This document shows, one piece after another, positions 9,127-18,888 of a DNA stretch of 56,960 nucleotides. Made by a program: the position numbers and the translations under genes. The first letter of the stretch is position 1; each line of letters opens with the position of its first letter. This DNA comes from a virus. Below the pieces are notes generated by a model. That model saw only the letters and a list, made by a program, of their open reading frames with translations, was not told where the DNA came from and did no database searches. The stretch lies in UHGV virus genome UHGV-1359774, one strand, 5' to 3'.

Positions 9127-10221
9127 ATGGCCATACGGTACCGGAAAGGCCGCGCGTCGCCGTGGCAATGCTACTGGAACAATCCGCTGACCGGGAAGCG
9201 AGAGTGCGCTAATTTCGGCACTCAGCACGAGGCGGAAAAGCACGACTCCCTGATCAAACATCGCATCAAGTTTGATAGGGAGTCGTTTAGAAAAGAGGAG
9301 GATACCCAGGAAAAGCATGAAGTCCTCACACTCGAAGGTGCATATCTGCTGTACCTCAAGCAAAAACAGTTTAGCAAGAAAGGGCTGGAATGGCAAATGG
9401 ACGCCATGCGCTATCCCTTGAAATGCATTGGCGCGCTACCTATCGGCGAAATATCAAAAAAACAACTTGAGAAAATTAAAGAAGATATGCTTGCCATGCC
9501 GATAAAATCTGCCAGCGTACGCGGCCGTTTGTCCGTCTTACGAACTGTACTGCGGTGGTGCGCCACGCAGGAGTATCGCAGCCCTATTGATTTTCCGAAA
9601 CTCCCTCCAGCGCACTATGAAAAATTCATCCCGCCTACTGCTGATGAGCTGGAAATAATCATGGACCATGCTGCCCCGCATATTGTGCGAGTGATAGTGC
9701 TTGGAGCACAATGTGGTGTTCGTGTAGGTCCATCAGAAATGTTCCGGCTTACATGGGATGATGTTGACCTTGGGAGGCGCATTTTACGCGTACATGGAGC
9801 GAAGAAAAACTTAAATGCGCCATGGCGTGAAGTCCCTATACGCGAAGGACTTGTGCCCATCTTTAAAGCATGGCGGTCAGAAGATGAAGCTACAGGAATA
9901 AGCCACCTCGTGCATTATAGGGGGTGTCCAGTAGAAAAAATTGGTAAGGCCTGGAGCATGGCTCTACAACGCTCTGGAATAAAACGCCGCATCCGCCCCT
10001 ATGACTTGCGACATGCTTTTGCTACTGAATTGCTTGCCCACGAAGTTGACCCTGGAACAGTAGCCAAACTGATGGGTCATAGTTCACCCGGTATGCTCTG
10101 GGCATACTATCAGCATGTCTCTAACGATCAAAAATGTGATGCGGTGGAAAGACTGCCGGACCTCACGCATGTGCCCATCGGCATGTGTCCAAAGAAAAAG
10201 GCACTCACAGATATTCTGTAA
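9127..10221 (+). CDS. int: tyrosine recombinase (phage integrase)
   Basis: C-terminal catalytic block LRHAFATELL...GHSS...YYQH; P4-like N-terminus; abuts the att core. Confidence 0.8.
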   Translation: MAIRYRKGRASPWQCYWNNPLTGKRECANFGTQHEAEKHDSLIKHRIKFDRESFRKEEDTQEKHEVLTLEGAYLLYLKQKQFSKKGLEWQMDAMRYPLKCIGALPIGEISKKQLEKIKEDMLAMPIKSASVRGRLSVLRTVLRWCATQEYRSPIDFPKLPPAHYEKFIPPTADELEIIMDHAAPHIVRVIVLGAQCGVRVGPSEMFRLTWDDVDLGRRILRVHGAKKNLNAPWREVPIREGLVPIFKAWRSEDEATGISHLVHYRGCPVEKIGKAWSMALQRSGIKRRIRPYDLRHAFATELLAHEVDPGTVAKLMGHSSPGMLWAYYQHVSNDQKCDAVERLPDLTHVPIGMCPKKKALTDIL

Positions 10222-10237
10222 GTGCCTGATTTTACTG

Positions 10238-10300
10238 GTGGGTCGTGCGGGGATCGAACCTGCGACTCTCTGCTTAAAAGGCATAGAGCTAACACTATAA
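10238..10300 (-). other. attP core: degenerate 3' portion of a tRNA-Lys(UUU) gene (not a complete tRNA)
   Basis: Minus strand reads CTTTTAA anticodon loop ...GTCGCAGGTTCGATCCCCGCACGACCCACCA, near-identical to the 3' half of bacterial tRNA-Lys; the 5' acceptor strand GGGTCGT is absent. Confidence 0.55.
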
Positions 10301-10331
10301 CAGATTATAATAACACAATATTTTTATATTT

Positions 10332-10350
10332 AAATGTGCCAAATGTGCCC
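10332..10350. repeat. tandem 9-bp repeat AAATGTGCC x2 beside the att core (possible integrase arm-type sites)
   Basis: Direct reading. Confidence 0.3.
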
Positions 10351-10448
10351 AATTTGGCCTTTACCCTCCCCCTTTTATGTGCCCTGGGCACAGTCCTTCC
10401 CCTATCCCTCCTCCGCCCGTCCGGGCAACTCTCCCGTCCTCAAAACAA

Positions 10449-10478
10449 AAGCCCCTCGAAAGAGGGGCTCAGTTTTAG
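10449..10478 (-). terminator. intrinsic terminator, hairpin AGCCCCTC-gaaa-GAGGGGCT then T-run on the minus strand
   Basis: Immediately downstream of the minus-strand tail operon (tfa stop at 10481). Confidence 0.5.
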
Positions 10479-10480
10479 AT

Positions 10481-11107
10481 CTAACGGATAATTTTCACCG
10501 CAGGCGGCCAGGGCGTCAGATCACCACCGCCGTCCCACGGAGCTCCGGCTTGTTGCGGCAGATCACGCAGGGCTTGACGATATGTGCTGACCGTGGCCTT
10601 GGCCTCTTCCGTCAGGGGATAATCCGGCATGACCAGATAATCTGTGGCTGCAATGCGTCGGTCGCGTTCGGCGCGGAGAAAGGTGAACAGTTCCGGCACA
10701 GTGGGCGCTGGTTTTTCCGGACGCTCTGTCACCGCGCCTTCGGGCAGCGGGCCGAGAGTATCCATATAGCGGGGCGGGCTGGTGTAATCGTCGCCATCAG
10801 CTGGCAGCCAGAAGGGCGTGCCGCCCTGCTTGGTGTCCTTGGAATCCATGTGTTGGCGGTGATCAGCTATGTAATACCAAGTCCCGTGCTCACCCTGCGA
10901 CGCCACATCAAGGGATTGTGGATCATATACCCAGCGTGCTGTGCCCTTGGGCTTGTAGACCTGCGTATGGCCGGTTTTGTCTGGGCCAGTGGGTACAGGT
11001 GTTGCCGCCGCGCAGATGGTAAGCTCTTTGCCGCCTACAACCTGGGCGGGCCGGGAGCCGGTTGTCTCGTAAGTGCGCAAATCGAAAGTGTACATGGTGG
11101 TGCTCAT
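10481..11107 (-). CDS. tfa: tail fibre assembly protein (Tfa-like chaperone)
   Basis: GGAGG RBS; C-terminal block resembling Caudovirales tail-fibre assembly proteins; follows the fibre gene. Confidence 0.55.
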   Translation of the reverse strand: MSTTMYTFDLRTYETTGSRPAQVVGGKELTICAAATPVPTGPDKTGHTQVYKPKGTARWVYDPQSLDVASQGEHGTWYYIADHRQHMDSKDTKQGGTPFWLPADGDDYTSPPRYMDTLGPLPEGAVTERPEKPAPTVPELFTFLRAERDRRIAATDYLVMPDYPLTEEAKATVSTYRQALRDLPQQAGAPWDGGGDLTPWPPAVKIIR

Positions 11108-11119
11108 AGAATCCTCCTA

Positions 11120-12346
11120 TTAAGCAGGCCGCCCAAGATAAAGGATCACGGGGATATTAACGCTGGGCGGCATGACCGTGGATGATGCGCCATAGATAGC
11201 GTTACTTTTGGACGCGTCGATACCGAGTGCATAGCCTTTGCCATAGCTGGAGGATGACATCACGCTGCCATGTGTGCACTGCGACCCCTTGATGATAGCA
11301 CCGTTTACAAGGCCAGCGGCGACACCACCTCCAGGGGAGATAAATCCGTCCTCGTTGCCGACAGACGTCGCTTGTCCCGTAATGTTGGGCAGCCCTGGTT
11401 TGTTGTGACTCCCCGCCATCCCATCGGCCCCGAGCACCCAAGCTTGGAAAAACTGGCCGCCGTGCAAAGGAAGATATAATCCCGTGGGGTTAGCGCTATT
11501 TGGGCGATACTTACCAAGGTTGGCCGCCTGGGTAGCGGCGTCGGCATCCCAAGGCATCAGCATGCCCGCAAAACCGCCCGCGTCGTACACAGCCTTGAAC
11601 TCCGGCCAGTCGTCGAAGAGGATCAGCGAGCCGTCCGGATATGCATGATTTGTGGGGAGCGTGGTGGAGCGCCAGAACTTCGGGCAGCCGATGGAGAGTT
11701 TGCGGAGAAACTCTTGTTCCTCCAACTCCGCTTGCAGCCTTTCGGACAGATTGAGCAATCCGGAGATAATATCCAGATTGGCACCGTCTGGCCGGATGAC
11801 GCCCGGTTTGTCCTTTTCAGCAAGGGGGACGGAGACGACGCCCTGCGCAGTGACATCCAAGTTGTCACCGATCTGCATCACGCCAAGGTTGTCTCTGGAG
11901 GCGACCTTTTGCGGTTGTGCTAGTGACTTCTGTCGCCAGGAACCACTCTCCAAGCGGAGCGTCAGCCACCAGTCCATGCCCAGCAACACGTCCTTACCGT
12001 CCACCGTCAATATGCCGTTGACCGCCGCACTGTTTTTGACCGTGACCACGCGGCTGCTGTCCTTGGCCTGGATGGACAACTCCATGCCCTCATGCAGCGT
12101 CGTGCCGTTGCTCAGCGTGGTGGATATGACAGCCAGGTCATCCGCTGGTGCCCCACCTTCTGTATCCACGATGACCGCCGCGCGCGTGGGGCTAATACTG
12201 CCGTCAAGGATGACCAGACTTTCCGGCGGCAATGCGCCGGGAAGTTCCAGCTTGGCAATCCTGTCCTGTTCCATGGCGGCCAAGCCAGAGCCCGCCAGCG
12301 GCCCAGGTTTGTTTGTAAAAAATCCAGCAGGCAAATTTGTACCCAT
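11120..12346 (-). CDS. tail fibre protein
   Basis: GGGAGAG RBS before the ATG at 12346; Gly-rich C-terminal receptor-binding-like region; sits between J and tfa. Confidence 0.55.
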   Translation of the reverse strand: MGTNLPAGFFTNKPGPLAGSGLAAMEQDRIAKLELPGALPPESLVILDGSISPTRAAVIVDTEGGAPADDLAVISTTLSNGTTLHEGMELSIQAKDSSRVVTVKNSAAVNGILTVDGKDVLLGMDWWLTLRLESGSWRQKSLAQPQKVASRDNLGVMQIGDNLDVTAQGVVSVPLAEKDKPGVIRPDGANLDIISGLLNLSERLQAELEEQEFLRKLSIGCPKFWRSTTLPTNHAYPDGSLILFDDWPEFKAVYDAGGFAGMLMPWDADAATQAANLGKYRPNSANPTGLYLPLHGGQFFQAWVLGADGMAGSHNKPGLPNITGQATSVGNEDGFISPGGGVAAGLVNGAIIKGSQCTHGSVMSSSSYGKGYALGIDASKSNAIYGASSTVMPPSVNIPVILYLGRPA

Positions 12347-12359
12347 ATTTCTCTCCCGG

Positions 12360-15300
12360 CTAGTAGCCTTTGATCCTGATGTCACAATTGGCGCTTGTAA
12401 GCGCCCCGTTGGATGTAAGAGCCCTGATTAACGGCCCGTCAGTCAAATAGCCGTCCTGCCCCATAATTTCGCTGCCGCGCACCCTTTGCACGCTTACAGC
12501 GGTACTGTCTTGATTGTATTGCAAGCCGAAAACCACATTGGTGATGGCCCTGAAATAGTCGTCAGGGATGTCTATGCGTGTCTGCCCGTCAGCGGCCACG
12601 GCAACGTCTTCCAAAGAAAATTCCTTGTCTGTCACATCCAACACAGTGACGATATCCAGCAGTTGTGCCTGCTCCGTATTGGCGTAGGTCACACGGAACT
12701 CCAGCGTCTCGCCGCCCGGCGTCAAATAATTATCCGGCATGACATCCCATTCGCTCACCTCCGGCTGCGGCCAGAGGTAGGGATCAACGGTTTCTTCTTG
12801 CCCGTCCGCACCCACGCTCACCTCCGGCTGCGGCCAGAGGTAGGCGGCATCATCCTGCGGCCAAAGGTAAGGCTCTTTATAGTGGCGAAACTCCAGGCGT
12901 TGCAGTCTGCCGCTCACCGCATCCGGCAGCACCAGCACTCGCGCGCCCGCATAGCCTGCCGGGATGTCCACCTGCCACATATAGACCAGGGTTTCCGCCG
13001 TGCCGGACGGCCAAAGCGGTAGGGCGTTATCCTGCTGCCAGAGCGGGGCATCATCGCCCTGGGGCCAGAGATAGGCGTTTTCGTCCGCAAACAGCGTGTC
13101 TCCAGACACATACCCGCCCGTAATCTCCCCGTTCCATTCACGCTCACTCTCCGAGAACTCAAACAGCACATTGTCGGGCAATATGTCGCCCAGATTGACC
13201 ACAATGCGCACCGGATCGGACAACAGCCCCAGCTCATCCACGGTCCGTACAAAGATGGCCCGTGCACGCCCGGCCCAGGGCGTCAGGTCAAAGGTGCCCG
13301 TGGTTGTATAGGGATTGGTCAGCTCCAAGGACATGGAGATATCGTCGTTCTCGTCCATGGCCATGAAAACCTTGTGCCCCACCACGTCCAGCGGGCGGTT
13401 CGACTGCCTGATGCTGATGCTGTAGCCGCTCAAAAATACGCCGTCCGGCGCGGGCGGCGGCGTGGTGCGGCCAATGACCTTGTGACGAACTGGCGTGGAC
13501 CAGGCGCTTGTACGGCCGATCTGGCTTATGGCCCTGATCCGCACGTCGTACACTTCGCCTTCAATGACGCCCTGCGCGGCCACAAACTCCTCAAGCCCGG
13601 TGCTCATGCCCAACGCCTGGCTGCCGATCCCCACCGGCGTAGCCATGATCTGATAAACAAGGCCGCTCTCACTCTGCCCGGCGTCCACCCTCCACCAAGC
13701 CGCGATACGCGGAATGGTGCCGCCCGACGCACTGCGGATCAGTACGCTTTCGTCAGAGCGGATATCCATAATCAACGGCGTGGGCAGGCCGGTACCGCCG
13801 ATAACGTCCAGGTGCAACGGCGGTTCATAAGGCGGGATGTCCCCCTCGCTGGCCGCCTCGATCTCCTTGGCCGCATAGGGGATAAGCGACAGGTCCGCTG
13901 ATGCATTGTCCCCCGGCGTGATGGAGGCCACCAGATATTCGGCGTATTCGTCACCGAGTATGGACACGGACACGAGCGCTTGGAATGGCGGCACCTGTGC
14001 GGCGGTAATGGGATTCTTGAAGTACAGGACGGAGCGCTCTTCGCCGTATTCCGGCACGATTTCATAGCTCGTCAGCCGGGACGCCGTATCGCGGATGGCA
14101 ATGCCGTAGCGCGCGGGTGCCGGATCGGAAAACACCACGCTATCGTCCAGTTGCACGCCCACAGGCAACAAGGGGTTGCCGTCAGCGTCCAGCGGAACTT
14201 CTTCCGGCCGCCCGGCAAGCACTTCCTGTCCGTCCACCACATAGGCCAAACGCTGCACCCTGGCCGTGCCGAATACGTTCATCAACACGTCAGAGGCCAC
14301 GCCCACCAGATCACCACGGCGGCAGGCCAGCCATTCCCAGTCGGTAGACAGCGAAATGGTCATCTGGCGATGCAGTAGCTTGGCGAGATGATAGCGGCCC
14401 ATTTTCCACAGCGATTCCCAATTGGTCACGCCCGGATAGTCCCACTCCACGATGTTGACGGCATTGCTTCTGTCGTAGCCGTCGGCATACACAAAGCTCT
14501 CGGTCTGCACATAGTCGCTTTTTTCATCGACAAATTTGACCCGCAGGGCATGCGGCAAATCCGCAAATCCGCGCTCCACGCGCAGCCCCCAGGAATTGCG
14601 CGGCGTAAACAACTGCACCGGCGTTTTGCCGGAGCGATCTATAACCACGCTGAACATGCCGTCCCGATCCGTGGTGATGCCGCCGCGCCCCGGTGAGGCA
14701 ACTTGTACAAGCCGGTTCCAGACCACCTCCTCCGTATCGCAGACAAAGTTAAATTCGTGCCCCTGCTCCACACACCATTGGTGGAATGCCACCAGGGCGG
14801 TGTCATCTATTTTGGCGGTGGTATAGGGAGTATTCAGCCCATGCCGCGAGGTAAGCAGGTAGCGGATCAGCGAGGCGGGGTTGCTGGTAGTCCGCACGGT
14901 CCATTGGTTGCCGTCCCAATCCGGTACCTTGGAGTGGCATATGGCATTGAAGTCATCCACATAGCCGGATAGCTGCTCCGATGCCTGGATGCGCAATTCA
15001 GAGACGCAGACGGGAATCGGCGTGTTGAAGGCAGGCTCGTTGAGGATGGCCCGCACCGTGCCCCAGGTGGCCTCGTCCATGATATATTGGCTGTCGGTAT
15101 CCGGGGTAAGGCGTTTGATGCGGATGTCGTAAATAGCGCGCGGCAAGCTCTCAACGCGGTAATTTCTGACCAGCAGCTTTGTCTGCGCCCCTGAAATTTC
15201 AATGATGCCCTGATTGTCAAAGACGCCGCTACTTACTTCGACACGGGTCTTATTTTCCCCTGAGTAGCTGATATTGACATTGCAACCCGAAACATAGGGA

Positions 15301-16491
15301 TTTTTGTTGGGGTATATCTGAATATCGCCACCTATGCCGTAGCCGATGGAAATGTTACCGTCCCAGTCGGAATAGACGTTGGGCTTTCTGGCCCCAAAAA
15401 CCGTAAAGCCCTCGACTACGGCTGATCCACCCTTGATCTCGACACGGCTTCCCGCGACGACGTTTTTCCACTCTTCATCTTCCTTCTTCTTGTACTGCGC
15501 CTGGAACGTCACCGTGCGCCACTGGTTGCTACCATTCTCCTTGTTGATGGTCGTCAGCCCACGCTGAAACATAATATCAACGCTGATGTCTTCGGCTTCC
15601 CCGATGGTGCGTGTGGTCCACCCTTCGGACTGCTTGAGCGTGGCGCTCACGCTCTGCTCGTTATAACTCTTGGCAAAGAGCTTCAGATCATTTCCCGTGG
15701 TGGACTGGTGGAAAACGTGCTCAACCTGCTTGTAGTTTTCAAGGATGGTCTTGCCGATGCGGAAATCGGCAACTTCGATATCCGGGTGTCCCCAGCAGAC
15801 GCACATGTTGAAAAATTGCTTGTCGCCCTCCCACACGGTCCAGGACTTGGCGGCCAGGGGCGGCGTGTGGCGGTGCCTGCCCAGCACCAGCGGCACAAAG
15901 CCATAGGGATTGGCGGTATTGCGCGCGCCGTTGATGGAATAGGTGGGACTGTCCTTGGCCCGGTCGTTGAAGGTCGGGCCGGAAAGTGCGGGCTGTGCTG
16001 TGGGGAACAGGGCGTTGACCAACATGCCGCCAGCCAGCATGATGCCGCCCGTAATAACCCCACCGACGATAGAGGCGGTGGTCCCAGTCAACCCCAAAAC
16101 TGCCGAACCGGCGATAAACGGACCAGCCCAAATAGCAACCACGGAAATAACTACACCAAGAATGATTCCCAGTGGGTTCTTACCGCCCCCTCCCCCACCG
16201 CCGAGTACGCCGCGAAGCACCTCGATACGGTCGCCGGGCTTGGGCCAGGTGTCCGCCCATTGCGCACGGGGAATCTCAAAGCCGTTGACCCGACAGCGGG
16301 CATAGCGCAGCAGTGTACGGGCCTGGGCGCGGCTGTACTGACGTTCCCGGCGCATGGCCTGGATGGTGTCGAGAACGATCCGCTCAAGGCTCTGCTCTTC
16401 CAAGGCAAGGCGGTGAACCGGCGCGCCACCATCCCACCTGCGGCCCATGACGGCGATCTGTTTGGAGGCTTGCTGCGACATTTGGGAGCAA
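12360..16491 (-). CDS. fused tail assembly protein I-like N-terminus plus host-specificity/tip-attachment protein J (central tail fibre)
   Basis: The N-terminal ~190 aa has a ubiquitin-like region then a Gly/hydrophobic segment like lambda gpI; the rest has J-like blocks (YDIRIKRLTPDTDSQ...). Confidence 0.7.
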
Positions 16492-16510
16492 GTATAGCGT
16501 CCGCGCCGGA

Positions 16511-16541
16511 CGGCGAGAAGATTAAACACTCACTTTTTTTA
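16511..16541 (-). promoter_or_regulatory. late-operon motif copy A (AAAAAAGTGAGTGTTTAATC in gene sense), ~30 nt upstream of the I-J start
   Basis: One of three copies of the same motif (see 22338 and 41283). Confidence 0.5.
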
Positions 16542-16620
16542 GGGGGATGGGGCGAAGAGGGTTGACAACGAAGTTGAGAAAGCTGGCGGGAATAGATAGG
16601 TTGGCGGCGAGGGGGGAAAA

Positions 16621-16965
16621 ATGGATATCCAGACGTTTGTCAAAGAGACCTTGGTGCAAATTGCAAACGGCGTTGCCAGTGCACGGGAAGAAGCCAAGAA
16701 AAAGGGAGTGTTGATCGGTCAGCCTTGTCTTGCCGATGAAAAAACAGGGGTAGTGTTTACAGGCATCAATATCGGCGGTGCCAGACCGCATCCATTTATG
16801 GTAAATTTTGACGTTGCGGTGTCCACCACAAAATCAGCAGACGGCGGCCTTAAAATTTTGGAAGTTCTTGGAGTAAAAGGAAACTATGAAAATGCGGCGA
16901 TCAATCGTGTCCGTTTTGAAGTCCCTGTAAGTTGGATTGATCATCAGCCGCGACAACGAGGATAA
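16621..16965 (+). CDS. hypothetical protein
   Basis: ORF at the edge of the cargo island. Confidence 0.3.
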   Translation: MDIQTFVKETLVQIANGVASAREEAKKKGVLIGQPCLADEKTGVVFTGINIGGARPHPFMVNFDVAVSTTKSADGGLKILEVLGVKGNYENAAINRVRFEVPVSWIDHQPRQRG

Positions 16966-17149
16966 TGTCAAGGTCAGCCATTTCTCCAGCACCGGGACGC
17001 CCGACATAAAGATCATCCGTCACAGAACACCGCATGCGCACTCTTTCGATTGAAGGGTGCGCATTAAGAATGCTGGCAATCGCTTCATCCAGCTTTTTGC
17101 CGCTGACCATGTCAAACTGACCTGTTTCCAAGTTTTCCTGCCTGATCAT
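16901..17149 (-). CDS. hypothetical small protein
   Basis: GAGAGG RBS; overlaps the 3' end of the previous ORF on the other strand. Confidence 0.25.
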   Translation of the reverse strand: MIRQENLETGQFDMVSGKKLDEAIASILNAHPSIERVRMRCSVTDDLYVGRPGAGEMADLDIILVVAADDQSNLQGLQNGHD

Positions 17150-17268
17150 ATTCTGCCTCTCTATATCAATGCATATTGATATCTTTATATCCTAATATCC
17201 TGATTTTATCCAGCGAAAGATGCCCGCTACGCCTTGCGACGCTATTGGATTGCTGGTAGGTCGGATGC

Positions 17269-18009
17269 ATGCACAAAATCATCCTCACACTCGTGTTATC
17301 CCTTGTCCCGGCACTGGCTCTTGCCGCTGGCAATACCACCAACGACAGCTTCAGCCAGGCCAAGCGGATGCTTGAGCGTCAGGTCTACCACGATCACCGT
17401 GTGACGCTTTACTGTGGAGCGGAGTTCAACGCTCAGAAGCGCGTGACGCTGCCTGCTGGCTTCACCACGCCCGCGCATGAAAAACGGGCCACCAAAATTG
17501 AATGGGAGCACGCGGTGCCTGCTGAGAACTTCGGCCGCGCCTTTCCAGAGTGGCGAGACGGGCACCCCGAATGCGTCAACCGCAACGGCAAACCATTCAA
17601 GGGCCGTCGCTGCGCAGAGAAGGTCAACATGGAATACCGCCACATGCAGGCGGACATGTACAACCTCTTTCCGGCCATTGGCACGGTGAACGCCGTTCGC
17701 AGCAACAAGCAGTATTCGGCTCTACCCGGCTCTGAATCCGCATTCGGTAGTTGTCCGGCCAAGGTAGATGGCAACCGCTTTGAGCCACCGGACAGGGCCA
17801 AGGGGCAAGTGGCGCGCGCCGCGCTGTACATGGCCGACAGTTACCCAAAGTACCGCTTGAGCCGCCAGCAACAGCAGCTTTTTGAGGCGTGGGATAAGAT
17901 GTTCCCGGTAGATCAATGGGAATGTACGCGGGCCAAAAGGATCGAGAAGCTACAGGGCAACGCGAATGCTAGGGTCAAGCAGCCGTGCCAGCAGGCGGGG
18001 TTGTGGTGA
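17269..18009 (+). CDS. secreted Endonuclease I (EndA/Dns/Vvn family DNA/RNA non-specific nuclease)
   Basis: Signal peptide MHKIILTLVLSLVPALALA; blocks TLYCGAEF, IEWEHAVPAENF, ADMYNLFPAIGTVNAVRSN match the family. Confidence 0.75.
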   Translation: MHKIILTLVLSLVPALALAAGNTTNDSFSQAKRMLERQVYHDHRVTLYCGAEFNAQKRVTLPAGFTTPAHEKRATKIEWEHAVPAENFGRAFPEWRDGHPECVNRNGKPFKGRRCAEKVNMEYRHMQADMYNLFPAIGTVNAVRSNKQYSALPGSESAFGSCPAKVDGNRFEPPDRAKGQVARAALYMADSYPKYRLSRQQQQLFEAWDKMFPVDQWECTRAKRIEKLQGNANARVKQPCQQAGLW

Positions 18010-18183
18010 GGTTTTAAAGGATGCTCAGCTTGACTTTGTGATCAGTCGTCCTTATTGAAAAAGAGAGGGCGGCAAGGTGCTAGAACACCCCACCGCCCGT
18101 GGGACACGTTCTCCGCGATTACTGGAATCGCAAGATTTGCGCCCCGGTAGAAGAAGCGACCTTCTACCGGGGCAACTTGCGTC

Positions 18184-18267
18184 TTAGAGGTTCATCAGAC
18201 GAACCACCAGAGCCGCAAGGATGGCTGCCGCAAGTGCGGCCAACACATCCCGGAGAAAGTGCTTCAT
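18184..18267 (-). CDS. 27-aa hydrophobic peptide (MKHFLRDVLAALAAAILAALVVRLMNL), type-I-toxin-like
   Basis: AAGGAGGA RBS 7 nt from the ATG; single predicted TM helix. Confidence 0.35.
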   Translation of the reverse strand: MKHFLRDVLAALAAAILAALVVRLMNL

Positions 18268-18421
18268 GGGTGTATCCTCCTTTCGGAGAACGCGCCCACG
18301 CGAAAGCTGTAACAGAATCGTCTCGGCCTATCAATGTACCTGCCTTCCCAGCCGCCCGTGAGGCGGCTTTTCGCTTGATTTGACGTCACGCCATGGAGTA
18401 TGGGGGAAAGAGGAGGGTTCT

Positions 18422-18811
18422 ATGCGTAAACTGATCAGTTTGCTGGTGTTGGCTATGGTCGTGGTCGTCGGGGCGGGGTGTGCAAAGCCTGTCTATAAAG
18501 ATTGGATGGCAATGGGCGGGAGCCGTAGCGATGCTACTGTAAAATTGGGGTATACTTGGAATCCTAACAATGAAAAGCCAGAGACAAGCCAGCAGCAAGC
18601 AATTGATTTGGCTAGTCAAAAATGCCAAACTTGGGGATATGAACGCGCTGAGCCGTTTGGTAGTACTTTTAGCAAGTGTACAAGCATGTCATATCAACCT
18701 TTTGCTGGGGTGGTGTGCTACCAAATGCAGGCTGAGGCTGAATTTCAATGCGTAGGGAAATTGCCTCCTGATATTGAAGACGTTTCGAATAAATTGACAA
18801 AAAAGAAATAA
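18422..18811 (+). CDS. lipoprotein (lipobox VGAGC), low GC
   Basis: AGAGGAGGG RBS; signal/lipobox MRKLISLLVLAMVVVVGAGC. Confidence 0.5.
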   Translation: MRKLISLLVLAMVVVVGAGCAKPVYKDWMAMGGSRSDATVKLGYTWNPNNEKPETSQQQAIDLASQKCQTWGYERAEPFGSTFSKCTSMSYQPFAGVVCYQMQAEAEFQCVGKLPPDIEDVSNKLTKKK

Positions 18812-18859
18812 GTAAATGTTTGGATAAGATGCTCAAGATTTAAAGCTAGATTCATAAAG

Positions 18860-18888
18860 TAAGGCCCCTCACGGGGCCTTTCTTTATA
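18860..18888. terminator. bidirectional intrinsic terminator (AGGCCCC-tcac-GGGGCCT, T-runs both sides) between convergent genes
   Basis: Direct reading. Confidence 0.5.

Noticed and set aside
13374-14378. Several 90-175 aa plus-strand ORFs inside the I-J gene
   Set aside because: These are spurious high-GC antisense frames within a 4.1 kb gene that has clear family blocks.
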